From positions 2,368,001-2,432,000 of the forward strand of contig OZ250150.1 in NCBI GenBank assembly GCA_965237675.1: DNA of 64,000 bases, written 5' to 3'. This DNA is from Candidatus Latescibacterota bacterium. GTDB taxonomy: Bacteria > Latescibacterota > UBA2968 > GCA-2709665. Shown piece by piece: positions 61,560 through 64,000 of the stretch. The position numbers and the translations under genes were made by a program. The notes under the pieces are model-generated. The model was not told the DNA's origin. It saw nothing but the letters and a program-made list of their open reading frames with translations, and did no database searches. Numbering within the stretch: position 1 is the stretch's first letter; every line of letters starts with the position of its first letter.

Positions 61560-62657
61560 ATGATCAACTACCAGGACCTGGGGGTAAGACCGTTCATCAA
61601 CGCCAGCGGAACGATTACGACACTCGGCGGCAGTCTGATGCCTTCCGAAGTGCTGGAGGCCATGCGTGAGGCGGCGGGGGCGTTTGTGGATCTTCCGGAT
61701 CTGAACGAAAGGGCGGGCGAATACCTGGCCGGAAAAATCGGCGTTGAGGCGGCATTCGTATCGTGTGGCGCGGCAAGCGGCGTGCAGCTTTCGGCGGCCG
61801 CGTGTCTGACGGGTACGGACGCGGAAAGGGTCCGGGCGCTGCCGCATACGGAAGGCTGGCGGAACGAGTTCGTGATCAGTCTTGTGGATTCCCATTCGTA
61901 CATCCATCAGGGGATCGAGATCTGCGGCGGAAAGCTGGTGCGGGTGGGCAGCAGGACGGAGGTGACGGCCAGGGACATTCTGGGCGGGATCACGGAGCGG
62001 ACGGCGGCCGTGGTCCATTTCCTGGGAACGCAGCGCAGGGCTCAGCTCAAAGAGGTGGTTGCCGGGGCGGACGGCATGGGGGTCCCGGTGGTGGTCGACG
62101 CCGCGGCGCAGCTTCCGCCGAGGACGAATTTGACGGAGGTTGTGGACATCGGGGCGAGCCTGGCGGTCTTCAGCGGGGGCAAGGGTCTGCGGGGGCCGCA
62201 GTGCACGGGGCTGGTGCTGGGAAAAGGGGAGTACGTGGACGCGGTCAGTTTGAATGCCAGCCCCTTCAGTGCGGTGGGGCGTGGAATGAAAGTGGGTAAG
62301 GAAGAGATCCTCGGGCTGGTGGCGGCTGTGGATCTGTTTCTGGCGGGGAGCGACGAGGAGGACCGGACGACCTGGCATCAACAGGCGAAGCGGGTGGTGG
62401 AGGCCCTGGCGGAGATACCGGGCGCTGTGGCGTACCTGTTGGGCGAGGGTCAGCAGGCGTCTCCCGATTTCACCCCCAGGGCGTACGTGGATCTACCCGA
62501 GGGAGAAACCGGCGAGGTGATTCGGGCCATGCGGGAAGGGGATCCTCCGGTGATGGTCCGTGGAAGCGGGAAAGGAATCGTCGTGGATCCGATGACGCTG
62601 GCGCCTGGCGAAGAGGAGATTGTCGGCCGTCGCTTGAAGGAGGTGTTGAGCCGATGA
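61560..62657 (+). CDS. SelA-like/DgaE-like PLP-dependent enzyme
   Basis: INASGT.T.LGGS, VDAAA, FSGGKGLRGPQ, GRGMKVGKEE. Confidence 0.85.
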   Translation: MINYQDLGVRPFINASGTITTLGGSLMPSEVLEAMREAAGAFVDLPDLNERAGEYLAGKIGVEAAFVSCGAASGVQLSAAACLTGTDAERVRALPHTEGWRNEFVISLVDSHSYIHQGIEICGGKLVRVGSRTEVTARDILGGITERTAAVVHFLGTQRRAQLKEVVAGADGMGVPVVVDAAAQLPPRTNLTEVVDIGASLAVFSGGKGLRGPQCTGLVLGKGEYVDAVSLNASPFSAVGRGMKVGKEEILGLVAAVDLFLAGSDEEDRTTWHQQAKRVVEALAEIPGAVAYLLGEGQQASPDFTPRAYVDLPEGETGEVIRAMREGDPPVMVRGSGKGIVVDPMTLAPGEEEIVGRRLKEVLSR

Positions 62658-63484
62658 TCGACGCGCATCTGCACATTGGACATCAGGGCAGGAGTCTCGA
62701 GAATACGATCCGGCATATCGAGGGCATCGGCGCGGAGAAGGCCGTGTTTTTGCCGATTGAGACGGGCGACCGCGAATACGAGTGGCTCTCCGAGACGGTG
62801 GCTCAGGCACACGAGCCGTACCCGGACAAAGTCATTCCATTCTGCCACGTGGATGTGACGCGGGAAGACGCGGTTGCGGAACTCGAACGACGCGCAGCAC
62901 TGGGTGTGTTCAGGGGGTACGGGGAACAGAAACAGCACGTGCCGCTGGATCATCCGGGCCTGGAGCGCGTGCTGGCGTTCTGCAACGAGATGCGCTGGCC
63001 CGTCACTTGGCATTTTCAGGAGGGCAGTCGGGGTTACAACCAGGGGATCGAGCATCTGGAGACGCTGGTGCGGAAGTTTCGGGAAATCAGGTTCATCGGG
63101 CACGCGCAATCGTGGTGGGCCAATATCAGTGCCGAAGTGCCCCCGCCGGAGGAAACGCTGTATCCCCGAGGGCCGGTGGTTCCGGGTGGACTGGCGGACC
63201 GGCTGCTGGCCGATTACGAAAACGTCTATGCGGACCTGTCCGCCGGGTCGGGGCTGGGGGCGATCACCCGTGACGAAGCGTTCGGCAGGGACTTTCTGAT
63301 GCGCCATCGGCGAAAGCTGCTCTTCGCCACCGATTGCCCGTGCGCCGACGGACAGGGCGCCGATTATCCGCCGGGGTGTTTTGCGGCGAGGAGTCTGCCT
63401 TTTCTGAGACGGATGGTGGACTATCCGGAAGCGTTGGAGGATATTCTGCATCGGAACGTGGTTCGCGTGATCGGACTGGAGTAA
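62654..63484 (+). CDS. Amidohydrolase_2 family protein
   Basis: IDAHLH, GH, YADLSAGSG, LLFATD. Confidence 0.85.
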   Translation: MIDAHLHIGHQGRSLENTIRHIEGIGAEKAVFLPIETGDREYEWLSETVAQAHEPYPDKVIPFCHVDVTREDAVAELERRAALGVFRGYGEQKQHVPLDHPGLERVLAFCNEMRWPVTWHFQEGSRGYNQGIEHLETLVRKFREIRFIGHAQSWWANISAEVPPPEETLYPRGPVVPGGLADRLLADYENVYADLSAGSGLGAITRDEAFGRDFLMRHRRKLLFATDCPCADGQGADYPPGCFAARSLPFLRRMVDYPEALEDILHRNVVRVIGLE

Positions 63485-63486
63485 GT

Positions 63487-63581
63487 GTAGGGGCGACCGG
63501 CCGGTCGCCCCTACGTCAAAATGGACGGCCCGCCGCTAGCGCTGTCGGGGAATTTGTAGGGGCAACCCTTGTGGTTGCCCG
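63487..63581. repeat. Pair of GTAG-type REP palindromes
   Basis: gtaggggcgaccggccggtcgcccctac and gtaggggcaacccttgtggttgccc. Confidence 0.75.
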
Positions 63582-63708
63582 CCTGTCCGCTGATTGCTGC
63601 TCGCACTCAGGAAGCCGACTTGGTTTGTAACGCAATGCCTATTCGGAGCACTACCAGAGCAGAGCGCGCGGTTCCGTGTCGTTAACCGCCTTTAGCGTTT
63701 TGCCGCAC

Positions 63709-63929
63709 GCTGACTGCTTTTCGCTGACCGCTAATGATAGACGGCTGGTTTCCCCAATGTGCCTTTTTGTCTTGGTGTGAGCTAATTGTCGTTTTTTGCT
63801 GTAAGCTGCCGGCGTCTCGCCGCTTTGCAATTGATATAGTTCGGCTTTCTCACTTCACGTCCCGGCGCTGACGTCAACTGATTTGGTTTTTGATTGAAGC
63901 TGACCGCTGAATACTGACAGCTGACAGCT
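63709..63929. repeat. Two degenerate heptamer tracts (GCTGACN)
   Basis: gctgact gcttttc gctgacc... (63709) and gctgacc gctgaat actgaca gctgaca (63899). Confidence 0.55.
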
Positions 63930-64000
63930 TATTTTCGGTTCAGCGAAAGGATCCGGATGGCAATCGTAATAAAAGAAATCAATTTGAACGTGCTGAATAT

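Noticed and set aside
61560-62657. True selenocysteine synthase SelA linked to the selenoprotein
   Set aside because: It is ~365 aa, lacks the SelA N-terminal region, has DgaE-like motifs (GRGMKVGKEE), and has no selB or selC nearby.
154-63630. Many long overlapping ORFs (e.g. 17455-18678, 39566-40738, 55031-55981, 62450-63451)
   Set aside because: They are alternative-frame or antisense artefacts of high-GC coding DNA overlapping well-supported genes.

Overview
GC-rich bacterial chromosome segment. Gene content and the many LRR/WD40/NHL/EF-hand proteins suggest an FCB/Latescibacterota- or Gemmatimonadota-like, possibly host-associated organism (inference only). Housekeeping and metabolic blocks include lepA-lepB-hemW-thrB-wza/wzz-like, lon, M32 carboxypeptidase, rsgA, two lolC/E, mutY and aroC. 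Two accessory regions interrupt them. (1) A 12.1-15.7 kb islet holds a RelE-type TA pair, a REP-flanked RAYT remnant and a DUF4062 protein. (2) A ~20 kb region at 23.7-43.6 kb lies between lon and a small Rdx/SelW-like selenoprotein gene (43615-43851, CxxU via in-frame TGA plus a SECIS-like hairpin) that the ORF track missed. This second region holds five tandem genes that share a dockerin-like twin EF-hand tag but carry four different HExxH zinc-protease domains. Two are intact, one is frameshifted, one is 5'-truncated and one is IS-split. The region is punctuated by four copies of a 'hairpin + 3' end of the selenoprotein gene' unit, which suggests repeated accretion of cargo at the lon/rdx junction. 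No CRISPR array, rRNA or tRNA was seen.
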